Made by a program: the position numbers and the translations under genes. The notes beneath the pieces were generated by a model. It had not been told where the DNA came from. It saw nothing but the letters and a program-made list of their open reading frames with translations, and searched no databases. A DNA stretch of 64,000 bases. It comes from Octopus sinensis (lineage: Eukaryota). The stretch is from assembly GCF_006345805.1 (NCBI RefSeq), contig NC_043002.1:97278001-97342000 (forward strand). Direction: 5' to 3'. The number at the start of each line of letters is the position of its first letter. The first letter of the stretch is position 1. Shown here piece after piece: positions 28,132 to 42,689 of this stretch.

Positions 28132-30674
28132 TAATTATTTGAGGGAAAATTATTCCTAACTTACAGGGAAAACTTCAATTTAGAAATACTAAATAAAATT
28201 TCACAAAATATAATAAAAACGGTGGTTTTTTCTAATATATATATATATATATATATAAATCAGTAAATAGTTGTGTTGACCGCACGTGAAAAACTGATAG
28301 GAGAGGAAAACTTATAATAAACCAGAATGCTAAATTGAAAGTAAATTTTAATAAAAATGGGTGTATGGAAAATTAAAAAAGAAAAAATAATTAATCATAC
28401 CGCCTTTCATCGCAAGGCAAATTTTCAAGATTTGGAAGGGGAAAAGAATTTTTTTTTTAAATTGAGGAAGGGGAAGAAAAAAGAAATATACAATGTTTTT
28501 TTTTTTCAAAAAAATAATAATGCATATATGCAAAAATTAATAAATCAGTATACCGATCCATTGTAGAGTAATTATACTTTTAGAGTTCAATAATAGTCCT
28601 TGGAAACATTTCTTTGGGGGATTAACATCCATGTGCTTAAGAGTAGTGCTTGGTTTAAAGTGTTTGGTAAATGTTTATCAAAACAGGAAACGGGGTAGGA
28701 GTTATCCAGTTCCTGTGAATAAGGGGTGACAACTCTGTGGATTTTACGCTCTTCAATTGGAATGATGGATATTTTGTCAAACAAGATGCCTATATCAATT
28801 TTTTGTCAAATAGGATGCTAGAAAAAGGAGTATGGTCATCGTGGAGTTTGTATATTAAGATGCGTTTGGAATTTTTCAAAAAAAGGTTCTCCTTCTTGAT
28901 TCTTTCTTGTGTAGAGATTCTGTCTTTACATTGGTTGAAAGGGAATATGTGAAATTTAGATTTGTGTCTCTAGCGCAAGAGTCTATGTGGCTACTTAGTG
29001 GAACCAACAACTAATTACGGTCTGGGTGTGTGATTAAGAAGCTCACTTTGAAACGAAGTGGTTCACCATAGTCTTTGTTTTATACAGTTTTCATATTCAC
29101 ACTATATTGTTGGGTAGTTGATAATGAAGACAGTATCATGCGAAATAAAATAGAATTTCTCAAAATCCTGTGTTCAAATACAATAAATTTCATATACCTT
29201 TAAACCAAAGCTAATTGAAAAGTAAACCAGGTGGTCGATATATCCCGTTACAACACAGTTTTATAGCTAGCGTAATGAAATCAATACAGCTTGCAATATA
29301 TGAACTTGATTCTTCGACTCCATTTCAGAAAAACGCGTTTGACCTTGAAGCCACGAAAGTAGCCTTTAAACGAAGCATGTGAGTAAAAGTAATTTTATCA
29401 ATACCTTATGTTGCCTAAATATTTGTTAAATGTCATTTGAGCTAATATTATAAAGATTACTTTCAGTGACACAAATACACATATTTACAACAAACTGTTG
29501 TACAAATAGACACGTAAATCCATCCTGTTTATTTGCGGACTGGTATGTATTTTATCGATCTTAGATCGATAAAGGGTTAGGTTAACCCCACCAGGATTTG
29601 AACTAAGAACGCAGTTAAGCACTTCAAGGGATATTTATTCATACGACAATATTATTTTTTTCTTTTCAACTCAAGGCACAAGGCTCGAAATTTTGAGAGA
29701 CTGGGGCAGTCGATTAGATCGACACCAGTACGCAACTGGTATTTAATTTATTGACCCCCCTCCCGGAAAGGACGGAGAGCAAAGTCGATCTCGGAGGAAT
29801 TTGAACTCAGAATGAAATGTCGGTAAGCATTTCGCCAGTTCGCGTTTCTGCCAGCTCGCTGCCACGGCAATCATTTTTGTTTGTTTGTTTGTTTGTTTGT
29901 TTTTTGCTATTCCTCCATCTTAGACAGTAAAGAGGAGATTTATTTTTATGTGTAAAATAGCCGTGTTCTAAGCATATATTTAGACCCAGTAATATTATAT
30001 TAATTATTACTAGCTTATTTCTAGATTTAAATCATTCTATTATTTTAAAATTAAGTGGGCGGTCTCATATAATTTACCTGTCATTATTTTTTTAACACAA
30101 AACAGGTTTGTCTGCATATAGAGCTCTAAACACCTCACGAATATGCACAACTTTTCAAAAACAATACGCTTTGTTAGAGAACAATAATGGATTTTTTTTT
30201 CCGAATTCTATTATAGAGTCCTTTGCAAAAATATTTAAACTAAATTATTATGTGAGACAAATGTTTTTCTGAAGCAAACATTAGCTGACATTTTAAATAA
30301 TCTAACATAGTTCATTATATTTGCCATAGTTAATTATTCACCGATAGCTTGTTAGAGAGGGTTGCATAAGGAGTAACAGGGTGTAGTTTGTGAGAGTGAA
30401 GACACTGCAGGCGCTCTATTGTGTCTAGCGACATGACAGTTTATTCTACGTGTTTGAGTTCACAGTACGAAAGAAGCATCGTTTTATCAGGGGAAATGCA
30501 AACAGACCTAATCATCCATTGATATCTATAAATGTGATTATGAATGGTCAAGAGATCTCCCCTGCTATAGAACATTGCACAGTATACATAAATATTTGTC
30601 TTCTTTTGAACATTTGTACGTGTGAGTGTGGGTGTGTCTGTGTGATTGAATGCATATTGATATATGTGTGTATC

Positions 30675-30717
<43 letters not shown>

Positions 30718-33700
30718 TGTGTGTGTGTTTTAATTGATGAGAGATAAAGATGACTTACGAATTACCTTATCCGCAGTTTCATTCGATCAATCGACAGTAC
30801 ACACGTTCGACCTAACAAGCCTAAAATGTTATTTGCTAAAGTTCAAGAGTGAAAATTATAATATTCATGAACGACTGATTCAGGACCTGTAGTTTCTCTT
30901 CTCAGATTGTGGATTCAAATTTATGTTTAGAATTATTTATCTACTTTCTATACCAGTAAATATCTTAGTGGCTCGCTGAGTAGATTTGCAAGGCTTTTGT
31001 AGACTGTGACATATAACTCTCCACCGTTAATATTGTTAATATTTCCATCAAAATTCTAGCGTAAATGATTTCTTTGTTTGAAATAAATTCCTTCTTTATA
31101 GGAAAAATTTCAATGAATATAAAGGGAAAGAATATACGTAACGGTCAGCCAGACTTAGAGAATGGACATCCTGTCCAGTGAATTTGGAATAAACACAAAT
31201 CTTCAATATCAATGTCAGGCGTATAAGCCTTGTTACACACCAGCAACTCTTATAATTAATCTGTAGTTCAACCTTTTTCGCTTTTTTTTTTCAAACTAGT
31301 GATGTCATTCGCCACAAAGTTGTACACAGCACGCAGTGATTCGCTACAAATAGCAAGGATGCACTCGACAACCTCAACGACATCGGATAATAAGTGAAAA
31401 GTACATAACAGAATAGAATCATATTTTTGGTGTGTTTACATCCCAGTAACTTAGCAGTTTGAGAAAAGCCTGATAAAATAAGCACCATGCTTTAAAAAAT
31501 TCTACTGGAGTAATTCATTCTAAAACTCCTTCAAAAGGTGCCCCAGCATGGTCGCAGTCCTATGGCTGAAACAAACAAATAAAAGATGAAATAAAGCGGT
31601 GAAATGGCAGAACCGTTAGCGCGTCGAACAAAAAGCTTAGTGGTATTTTTTCCGACTTTTTAAGTTCTGCTCCCAAATCCCGCCCAACCCAACATAGCTT
31701 TTCATCGTTTCAGAGTCGATAAAATAATGTACCAATCAAGTACATTATCGATTAACCCAGCCCTCCCCAAAATTGCGGGCCTTGAGCCAAAACTTTATGT
31801 CATTAAGACGGCGAGCTGGCCGAATTATTAGTGAGGTGGACAAAATGATTAGCAGAATTCTTTCCGCTCTTTACGTCCTGCTTTCAAAACCTGCCGAGTT
31901 TAACTTTGACTGTCATCGTTTCGGAGTTGAGTCGACAAAATAAACTACCAAGTCGATATAGGTTATTAACTCTCTGACCCTGAGCATATCGGACTTATTT
32001 GTAGATATAGAAGAGACCGAAACTAAAATGTTTTTTTAGGATTAAAAGTATACCCATAGCTCTGCTTCTGATAACATAGCCAAGAGAAAGGATTCCTTTG
32101 TTGCCTACGTGAACGAATAAAGATATGTGATGCTGACTGTCATTTCGTGACAAAGCAGTTACGCCAACAACAGTTGTTGAACATGAGAGGAGAGTTTGTG
32201 ATTGCAGTTTTATTCCCAGCATTATGAACAGACCCAACTATCAGTAGAGGAACGTATTCATAAAATACATATGCCAATACCACTTATGGCAACAGACCAG
32301 ACACCGATTGCTATTCTGTAGCCTTGCAGTAAGGATGACGATGTACATCTAGCTGTCAGTTACTATAATATCAATCATGATAATAAGTGTTTAGGCGTGA
32401 GAAAAATGTAAATTATTGAAATGTATTTTCAATGAAACGTTCCATGAGAAAATTACGTCGTTTTAAAAATTCTTGCTAAAAGACAGATCATATTTTATTG
32501 TCAATAAGGATAAAAATCAAATATTGATAATGGTCAAATATTGATAATAATGAAATATTTATAAAAGTTTCGCTAAGTTGATTAACGATACAGGCAGAGA
32601 ATATTTGCAACAAAGTTTTTATTCCTTCATTTTTTTGGCAAATAAATACCATTTTATATGTCATCTCCAGTGCTACTAAGCAATATCTTGAAGTTACTAA
32701 AAAACAAAAAAAAAATCCAAACAATAAAAAAAATGCCATCATTGATTTGCAAAATAGCAAAAATTACTGTTTATTTCCGAGATTCTCAGTCTTGGGAAGA
32801 TACTAATCACTCGGAAAGAAATAAACAAGGGTATTTCTGGAAGTAGGAAAGAGAGAAAACTTATATATAAATCCATATTCATGGCGTGCCCTGGCAGCCA
32901 GCTATCGTAAGTGAGACAATAATTTCTCGATAATTCAGGAGGGATTGGAAGATTGAATTTTAAATCGAAGAATAGTGAAAATGGTGCACAGAATATACGC
33001 ATTTAGCATTTCTTTATACACACTCTAAATATCTAAAATTTCTTGTATGTAGTCATGTACAGCGCCATTTGATACATATCTGAAATCGTCAGAATGGCAT
33101 TGCCCTCCAACAAAAGTTAACAGCTGTCAGTGAGAAACTTAAACTTCAGAAGAAGATGACTACCGGATGTAATAATTAACAAGAATTTCAGTAGAAATTT
33201 ATTCGCAGTCTAAAGAGATGTGACACGACAATCAATAAAAGTCAGAGTCACCTTGTCAGGAAGATACGGATTCATGCAGTAAAAGAAATTTGAAGTGAGT
33301 AAAAGGAGCCTTACTAGAAATCAGTTTGGCCTGACGCCATCTGAAAGAAAGATTATCTCTGCATTATATTAAAAGCATACAATAAAAATGGTGATAATCT
33401 GGAGACTGTGACAAAATGACTTCTGAATAGTAAAGCACTGGAAAGAGATTTGATTTTCCCTTATTGGTAAAACAAGAGTGATCTTCTATGGCGGATATTT
33501 TAATAACATTTACAAGCAAAATCTTAAAGGGAATAGGATATATACCAAACCGGTTTTCTTCAACTGAAACAATGCTGATGCGAAAAATAAAATAACCACT
33601 CACATGACGATGAACAAAAGAGAATTGTATTGTCGCTGTTAGAATAAAGTATTGCACTAGTGTATCGCAATGAAATAGTCTCTCTATAATTCTGCTTATT

Positions 33701-35181
33701 ACTTGCAGTGAATGCTGGTGGCTGGTTTAGTTTTTTCGAAGATTTGAAAGGGGCGTAACTGGAATACAGGGCAAGAGAAACAGCATTTCAAGCATAGCTT
33801 CTTGATGACCAGCGTGATTGTAAAATCAAGGCAAAAGTACAAATCAGTCCGGGAAAATCAGATTTCGAAGGAAGGATAAAAATCCACTGTAATGTAACAT
33901 GGCGCGCATAACCAAAGAATATAACACCCTGATGAAAATATGGTCCTCAGAGCTGTCTGTACACTATAAATCAGTGGGCCGTTCAAGAATTTGGACCTGG
34001 AGATCTCCATTTCCAGCGACCTCGAGGGCCACCTCCCAGTGGCGTCGGGCGTCAACGAAGAGCCCTCGACTACAACAAGACGAGCAAAGTTTTTTTTTCC
34101 AAGGTCTGGGGTCCCCTGCCCTAAGCCCTAGACCATCACCTAATCACCCTTACCCGTCTTGTTGCTTAACAAGAACAACAATAAATCAGTGGCGCACAGT
34201 ATGTTTGCTAAGCAATTGATCATACGAACATTCGGGACACTCACTTTGATGCAAGATGGGATCCGAGCTGTTCATTTTAAAAGCCGATGGCGGCCATTCC
34301 CAGAAATGTTCACGACAGCAGTAATTAGCATCGAAGAGCATCTATAGAATAAATCTACATACATTATGCAAATAGCACTGCGTAGAATAGAAAAAAGCTA
34401 TACTGAAAGTATTCCCTAAATGATCACCATTGATACACAGCCAGGGAAGTTGGACAGCTCTAGCGCAACAAAACATCTAATAAAAAGGCTATTCACAAAT
34501 CACCAAAAGGAAATGGGTGGCCATGTTGCATATGGTTTTAAGGTGACTTAGATAAGCAGAGGAGTGGATCAGCAAGTGATGTTTGTGTGTGTGTGTATTT
34601 GTGTGTGTATTTGTGTGTGTGTGTTTGTACCGATATGCATATACATATAATAAATACACTAAGTCTTGGAGAATCATACTTCCAGGCAAAAATATCTAAA
34701 AATATGTAAAATGTTCCAGATGTTTATCCTCTGATTGGTATATATATATATATCGACACATACTAACATACGTACATGCCTTTGTATACGTAAACATGGA
34801 GATCCACTTGCAACCTTTGATACAAACATACATCACACATACGCAGATATACACGCATCAGTGCGTGTGTATATATGGATACATACATGCTCACATGCCT
34901 CGTATCATACATGCATAAACATGCCTAGATACATGCATGCTTACGTATATACATACATGTGTACACATATACACGCACACTTATATTCAGTCATTCATCC
35001 ATCCATTCATCTGCATATACATACATACAAACATACACATAAACATACATATAAACATTCATACGTACATACATACATACATACTTGATGGATGGCCTGC
35101 CGTAAAACTATTCTGATTGTTTGATCAACCGGACAGCCTAATCAATGAATTATGGTGAAAGTGCCTGAGTAGTACACACAC

Positions 35182-35241
<60 letters not shown>

Positions 35242-35250
35242 CTCTCTCTT

Positions 35251-35304
<54 letters not shown>

Positions 35305-35313
35305 AAGATATAG

Positions 35314-35404
<91 letters not shown>

Positions 35405-38074
35405 TAAACCTGTACTATTAATGTAACCCACAGCAGAGAACCTGAATAAATCAATATTAGGTTTCTTGAGTTATTGTTTCCAATGAATATCACTTTCAAA
35501 TAGTCTTATGCGATCACTTCTTGGCAGACTATTATAATTACCAGAAACCTGTTTCTCAAAAGATATTCCTCATAAAGCTGATGGCAAAAGATTTAGAGTG
35601 TGTACTGTAAATTTCTTTCCATTAATCGAAAACTGTTTAAATAGCTTGGATCCAGAATTTTCATTCAAGAATTTAAAAATTGAAAAAGACGATAGATGAA
35701 TATGAAAAGAAGAATATTTGAGTTTCTCCTTTTTAGTATTGGAAAGTATCTTGCTCACCTTGGCTATTCCTGGTAGAGGTTGCTTCAGGAAATATTTCAC
35801 AAGTAAATTACTTCCAAAATAGTTTGTAATTATATTACAGTTCGTAACTCAATGGATAAGGTTGCAATTTTACATATTAATATAACGTTGACGTCTTCAA
35901 AGTATATGACAATAAATTCTATTTGAAAATACAATGCGACAATCTCTGAGATTTTACTTCATTATTCGTTATTATTACTTTTGTTGTTTCTGTTGTTGTT
36001 GCTGCTGCTGTTATTATTATTTAGCTCAAGGAAGAGTGCGTACTGGAAGAATCGTTAGCACGCTGGGCAAAATATTTCACAGCTTTCTTCTGGCTTCAGG
36101 CTCTGATTTCAAATTCTGTCAAGTTCGACTTACCATTATGCATCTTTCCACCTACTTCAGAAAACAGAATGTCATTCGAGGGACATTGGATCGTTATGTT
36201 CAGCAGGCCAAACTATCACGTAGAGGCCTTCACTTTGGCGTAAATTCAAGCTAATCGTTGCCATTCTTTACTCTGCGGTCGATAAAATAAGTACCAGTTG
36301 ATCACTGGGTTCAAGGTAATCAAATAGACCCTTCTGCAAAATAAATAATTCACGCATTGTCCCTGTAGTAGAAAAGTTATTTAGTTACAGGAGATGCTGA
36401 TCGAGCAGGTCTGAGATCTAAAGAATTCTAACAGTGATTAGCCCAGCATTTAAGCATATTTACGATTACCATTAAGTGATTGTATCTTTCCACATTCTTC
36501 AGAAAACAGAATGTTATTCGAGGGACATTGGATCGTTGTGTTTTGCAGGTCAAGCTACCACGTAGAGGCCTTCACTTTGGCGTAAATCCAAGCTAAACGT
36601 TACAATTTTTTACTTCCTTATTCACTACAGGAGTTCTCAACCAGAGCCCATATAACATTTGAGGGGGGGGGCGTGTAAGCAAAATAGTAAATTGTGCACT
36701 CACAGAAGTATATTAAGTGTGCCCGAAAAACTTTGCTTTTGATGTATTTGTTGCAAGAGATATCTAGATTCCTTTCTCTGGCGTTTTACATTGTTCAGCC
36801 AACGCAAGTAATAGGAATTTTGAAAGAAATATCTATAAAACTAGTTTTTAAACATCGAATGACTATGAGGGGTAAAATAGTAAACAAAAACGTCTATAGG
36901 TAAAAAATGGTTCAGAACCACCGATTTAGTAGTAGAACTTTTATTTCAACAACTGCAGCATTTTAAGGGCTCTTGGATCTTGTCACAAAAATCTTTTTCA
37001 TATTTTGTTCTGCAAAGTTAAGAATGTTATATGAAAAGAAGACTTCAAATGGTTTTTCGAAAATTGCTACGAATAATTTGACACAAACTTATTCGCATCT
37101 TTGTGTTTGTCATTTCAGCACCGATGTTATAATGGAGTTGAGAAGTAAGCGCCTGAAACAACTATTTCAGTCTCAGGTTATTCCACTTTTATAGAAATTG
37201 AAACTATATTTAGCAAACACACACTGCTAAAGTATGAAACCAAACGTATTAATTATTCATCAGTATTTATTACTTTTAATTACTAATTCATTATTTAGAT
37301 TTGGTTATACGAAAAGGAAAAAAGAAATGAAAATCCTAACTTTTTTATCTTTTATCTTTTGCTTGGTTCAGTCGTTTCCACAGATTTTATTTTGATTTAC
37401 AAACATTTACACACACATTTCTGTGTATGAATACGTTTGTGTAGTCGTGTGTGTGTGTGGGTGGGGTGCGCAGAGTCGACTTCAGTGAGATACTGCGGCC
37501 ATGCTGGGGCCCCGCATTAAAGAAGTTTTAGTCGAATAAATTGACCCCAGTACTTTTTCGTCAAGCCTGGTACTTATACTAACTTCTGCCGAACCGCTAA
37601 GTTGCAGGGACGTATACACCAACATCGGTTATCGAGCGATGGTGGCGGACAAATACACACACGGAAACATATATACATTCATATATATGTGTGTGCGTGT
37701 GTGTGTGTGTGCGTGCGTACAGGACGAGCTTCTTTCAGGGTGCCAGTCGATTAGATCGACCCCAGTACGCAACTGTTACTTAATTTATCGACCACAAAAG
37801 GATGAAAGGTAAAGTCGACCTCGGCGGAATTTGAACTCAGAAAATAAAGACAGACAAAACACCGCTAAGCATTTCGCCCGGCGTGGTAACGTTTCTGCTA
37901 GCTCGCCGCCTCCAATCAATTTATCATAGCCAAAACAATTGTGTCTCAAGCTAAAATGAAAACCTCGACGTAGAAGCTCCCTCAAATCACATCTTGATTT
38001 TCCAAAGGAAGCTATACTTGAGAAAATATAGCGCTGCCTTTTATTCACTATGTTCGACAAATAGACGGAGTGGT

Positions 38075-38505
38075 AACTCTTTTACTCTTTTACGTGTTTC
38101 AGTCATTTGACTGTGTCCATGCTGGAGCACTGCCTTTAGTCGAGTAAATCGACCCCAGGACTTATTCTTTGTAAGCCTAGTACTTATTCTATCGGACTCT
38201 TTTGCCGAACCGCTAAGTTACGGGGACGTAAACACACCAGCATCGGTTGTCAAGCCATGTTGGGGGGGACAAACACAAACACACAAACATATACACACAC
38301 ATACATATATATATATACATATATGTATATATATATATACGACGAGCTTCTTTTAGTTTCCGTCAACCAAATCCACTCACAATGCTTTGGTCGACCCGAA
38401 GCTATAGTAGAAGACACTTGCCCAAGGTGTCACGCAGTGGGACTGAACCCGGAACCATGAGGTTCATAAGCAAGCTCCTTATCACACAGCCATTCCTACA
38501 CCTAT
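38075..38505 (-). mobile_element. SINE family B, full length
   Basis: Collinear with 24575-24995. Confidence 0.88.
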
Positions 38506-38852
38506 AGCCATGTCATAGAGTTTTCGGATCAGGGCAGACCCGCGACTTAGCAACAGCAGCGTCAATGTCGTTTCCACAGATTTTATTTTGATTTACAAAC
38601 ATTTACACACACATTTCTGTGTATGAATACGTTTGTGTAGTCGTGTGTGTAGGTGGGGTGCACAGAGTCGACTTCAGCGAGATACTTCTTGTCAAATCGA
38701 ACTTAAATGAAATCCCGCCGAACTCAGCATTGCCTTTCATCCTTTCGGGGGTCTATAAAATAAATACCACTTGAACGCTGAGGTCGACGACATCGACTTA
38801 CTCTCTTCCACATAATTGCTGCCCCCGTACAAATTTTGAAACTAGTAATAGC

Positions 38853-38895
<43 letters not shown>

Positions 38896-39270
38896 TGGAG
38901 GCGCAATGGCCCAGTAGTTAGGGCAGCGGACTCGCAGTCATGGGATCGCGGTTTCGATTCCCAGGCCGTGCGTTGTGAGTGTTTATTGAGTGAGGTTCCG
39001 GCAACGGGTGGGGGGAAGGTGGCGAACCCTGCTGTATTCTTACACCACAACCTTCTCTCACTCTCTCTCTCCCTGTTTCTGTTGTAACTGTATTTCAAAG
39101 GGCCAGCCTTGTCACACTCTGTCTCATGCTGAATCTCCCCGAGAACTATGTTAAGGGTACACGTGTCTGTAGAGTACTCAGCCACTTGCACATTAATTTC
39201 CCCAGCAGGCTGTTCCGTTGATCGGATCAACTGGAACCCGCGTCGTCGTAACCGGCCGAGTGCCACGACG
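38896..39270 (+). mobile_element. SINE family C inserted in a (TAG)n microsatellite
   Basis: Same head and body as 2460; (gta)n on both flanks. Confidence 0.9.
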
Positions 39271-39329
39271 TGTAGTAGTAGTAGTAGTAGTAGTTGTAGT
39301 TGTTGTTGTTGTTGTTGTTGTAGTATGCA

Positions 39330-39770
39330 TCTTAGCGGCATTTCGCCCGTCCTTACATACTGCGTTCAAATTTATTTCTTTACTACCCACAAGGGGCTAA
39401 ACACAGAGGGGACAAACAAGGACAGACAAAGCGATTAAGTCGATTCCATCGACCCCAGTGCGTAACTGGTACTTAATTTATCGACCCCGAAAGGATGAAA
39501 GGCAAAGTCAACCTCGGCGGAATTTCAACTCAGAACGTAACGACAGACGAAATACCGCTAAGCATTTCGCCCGGCGCGCTAACATGTCGGTCAGCTCGCC
39601 GCCTTCAAAACTGCGTTCAAATTCCGCCGAGATCGGCTTTGCCTACTTTCATCTCTTTCGGGGTCGCTAAAATAAGTATCAGCTGAGCACTGGGGTCGAT
39701 GTAATCGACTTACTCTACTCACTAAATTTGCTGACTTTGTTCCAAAATACGAAACCAATATCAATACGGA
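39330..39770. mobile_element. SINE family A, head-to-head copies (other monomers or fragments near 660-810, 4500-4660, 8110-8310, 9330-9480, 20940-21060, 29660-29865, 31600-31965, 36045-36330, 37740-37912, 38690-38830, 40855-41065, 49730-49950, 59500-59640)
   Basis: Same B-box and core motifs on either strand. Confidence 0.8.
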
Positions 39771-41089
39771 TTTAAAACGGAAAAAAAACTGAAAGCAAAA
39801 GGAAACAATATGAAACAAACAAATGAAGAAAAACTAATAAATTTTTTTCCGTGTAAATGGTTGTAATATTGATTTAAACATTCATAATGAAACAAACAAT
39901 AAATAGCAACATGAACAATACTCACAACCACATACATTTTGCTGAGCATAAATTTGATGGCATTCAAAACAGTTTTACGACCGTTGCTTGCCAAATAAAA
40001 AAAAAAGTATCTGGACATGATAAAGATCTAATCAGAGCAACAATTTGTCACGAAAGACACATGGGAAAAAAAGAAAGTTGACATAGCTCTACCTCGAGAA
40101 GATCAGGGTGCTTTCGACTTTGATATATTCATCGACAATGCAAAATCATGCGGAAATATCTGCCTAGTAGTCAAAACCGAAGTCTAGTGGAAGCAATGCG
40201 ATACGACATACCACTTTTCATGATATATGTATATGGTATCGCAATATACGATCCAGCGTTTATTGAAGAGGTGAAACTAAATGCAGAAGACTTCTTGTCA
40301 CATTCGAAAAGTATACTGCAGCGTTCGAAAATGTTAACCTCAACCTACCCGGGTAAAAAAGGACTTAACGATGCCTTATGCTGCGCCCAATCTAAAAATG
40401 GGTTACGGGTGTCTTTGGATTTATCAAGCATCAGTATGATGAGTGGAGGGCAGGCAGATGGAAGGCAAATAATATGTGTGAGTGTGAGATCATATCCCAT
40501 TCGCTTCAGATTGCTGTAAACGGTTCTTCTCACAACAATGAACTGATAGAACTACTAAACGAACTCAAGGAACTGGAAGATACGGGCTCCGAATATGAGA
40601 AACACGTAATTGATAAACTGCTGGGAGAAGCACGCTTGTCGCCTGTAGACAACTAATGCCCGATTTCCAAGAGGATACGAAACATATTTTGCTGATCTGA
40701 CACAAAGGAAGCTCACAGCCACCTTCGAGTATATTAGTTACAAGATAATAACACGAACTCAAAATTGTGGCGTGCTCAAGGCCAACCGTGTTAGTTCTCA
40801 CCGAAGTGTGGGTAGGTTCCGCCTCTGTGATAATGAAATTTTAGTAGTAATAAGGCGGTGAGATGGCAGAATCGTTAGCGCGCCGGGAAAAATGCTTAGC
40901 GGCATTTCGTCGGTCTTTACCCTCTGAGTTCAAATTTCGTAGAGGTCGACTTTGCCTTTCATTCGCCGGGATCGATAAAATAATTACCAGTTAAGCACTG
41001 GGGCCGATGTAATCGACTAGCCCCCTTCCCCAAAATTTCCGGCCTTGTGCCAAAAATTGAAACCTACATATTATTATTATTATTATTAT

Positions 41090-41176
<87 letters not shown>

Positions 41177-41679
41177 CAGCAGTATTAGTAGTAGTAGTAG
41201 TAGTAGTAGCAGCAGCAGTGCCCGACAGATACGTGGTTCGCGTTAAGTCAGTTGGCCAGTTTCTCTTTTATGCCTCAATCGAAAATGTGGTATAAGATGT
41301 CTAATTTTATAATTTATATGCATTTAGAACTTCAATTTTCAGTAAGTGCAGAGATAATTGCGTTTTTACATGATGTATGCAAGTGAAGATAGAAGTCCTG
41401 TGACACTGAAGTCAGCACAGAAAGTTGCCCATAAATAAAATCAAGCTAGCACGCACGCTATAACGTACAAATACACAGTTAAATTAAGAAATATTTGGGA
41501 TTAACTTTACTTAGAGAATAGAGTGCGATTTCAACGATGCTTAACGTATGATGTTTAATCGATCAATTGAAATCTATGATCTAAGAAAGTTATGGGTGCA
41601 CAGAAGGAGATGAAACCTCTTCATCGTTCCACAATATCCAATCCTGTATTATATTAAACATGAAATTCATCACAATGTA

Positions 41680-42395
41680 TTCATCAAAGTAAGTTCCATT
41701 ACAAATAACACATCGTTGCCAACGAGTTGCAAGTTTGTTTATTACGGTAACATAAATAACTGGAGTTCTGGAGCTGATGAACTCTTTGAATACACTTTCA
41801 GTATCGGTTTGATTTTTGAACCCCTTCTCTCGCAGAAAACCATGAAGGTGCTTGAAAAAGTGGTAGTCGATAGGAGAAATGCTTGGGGAATAAGCTGGGT
41901 GGGAAAGAACTTCGTAGTCAAGTTCCTTCAACTTCTGGAGCATCATTAGTGAAACGTGGGGTCGGACATTGGCCATCTTCTGTTGCTCAGTCTGGGACGG
42001 AGAAGTAGCAGGTTTTCGTTCATTTTGGCAATATCATGGCAATATGTTTCTGCAGTAATGGGTTTTCCGGGTTTTAAGAAGTTATAGTGGATGAGTCCCG
42101 CAGTACGGCACCAAACAATCACCATAACCTTCTTTTTGAAGAGCTCGAGTTTAGGGAATGCTTTCGGTGCTTCATTTTGGTTCAACCACTGCAAAGAACG
42201 TTCTTCATTATTGTACAGAATCCACTTTTCATCGCAAGTTACTATACGGTCGAGGAATGGATCGGTCTGGTTACGGAGAAGAAGCGACTTGAAAATTTCA
42301 TAACTGCGCATTTTTTCATTTCCATTCAAATTGTGTGGCCCCCATTGTCGAGATTGTTTGATTTTCCGATCACATGCAAATGGTTGCAAGCAGTT
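41680..42395 (-). pseudogene. Degraded mariner (DD34D) transposase, C-terminal two-thirds
   Basis: WGPHNL (WVPHEL), FLDRIVTCDEKWILYNN, KKVMVIVW, frameshifted ANVRPH (DNARPH), HPAYSPSISPIDYHFFKHL (HPPYSPDL), KLATRWQRCVICNGTYFDE. Confidence 0.92.
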
Positions 42396-42689
42396 GAGCA
42401 CTGAAGTACCCCCTTCCCCAAAAATTTCAAGCCTTGTACCTAAAGTAGAAAAGATTATTATCATTATTTCTACAGCAGAGCCTGGTACACCTCCGTATTC
42501 CTGAAGTGTGTGCTGCACTGTGTGTTTTTCCCGTTGTTATTGTGGAGTTTAAACTCTTTCCGGTATCGTATTGCATCTGTTTGTTTGTTAAGGTGATTTG
42601 CTTAAGTCTTTTATTGTATTGGTGTATTTAATGTAAACAGTCTATCTTGTGTTTGTGGATTATTTTATTTGTGCTGTGACATTGAATTG

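Noticed and set aside
32200-32335. Possible exon bounded by ttcccag and gtaagg
   Set aside because: All three frames contain stop codons between the putative splice sites.
33640-34220. GC-richer stretch as exon or CR1 RT fragment
   Set aside because: No recognisable motif could be read in any frame; left unassigned.
38724-39341. 205-aa minus-strand ORF with polyQ/L/T
   Set aside because: Read-through of SINE-C and flanking (TAG)n/(TTG)n repeats.
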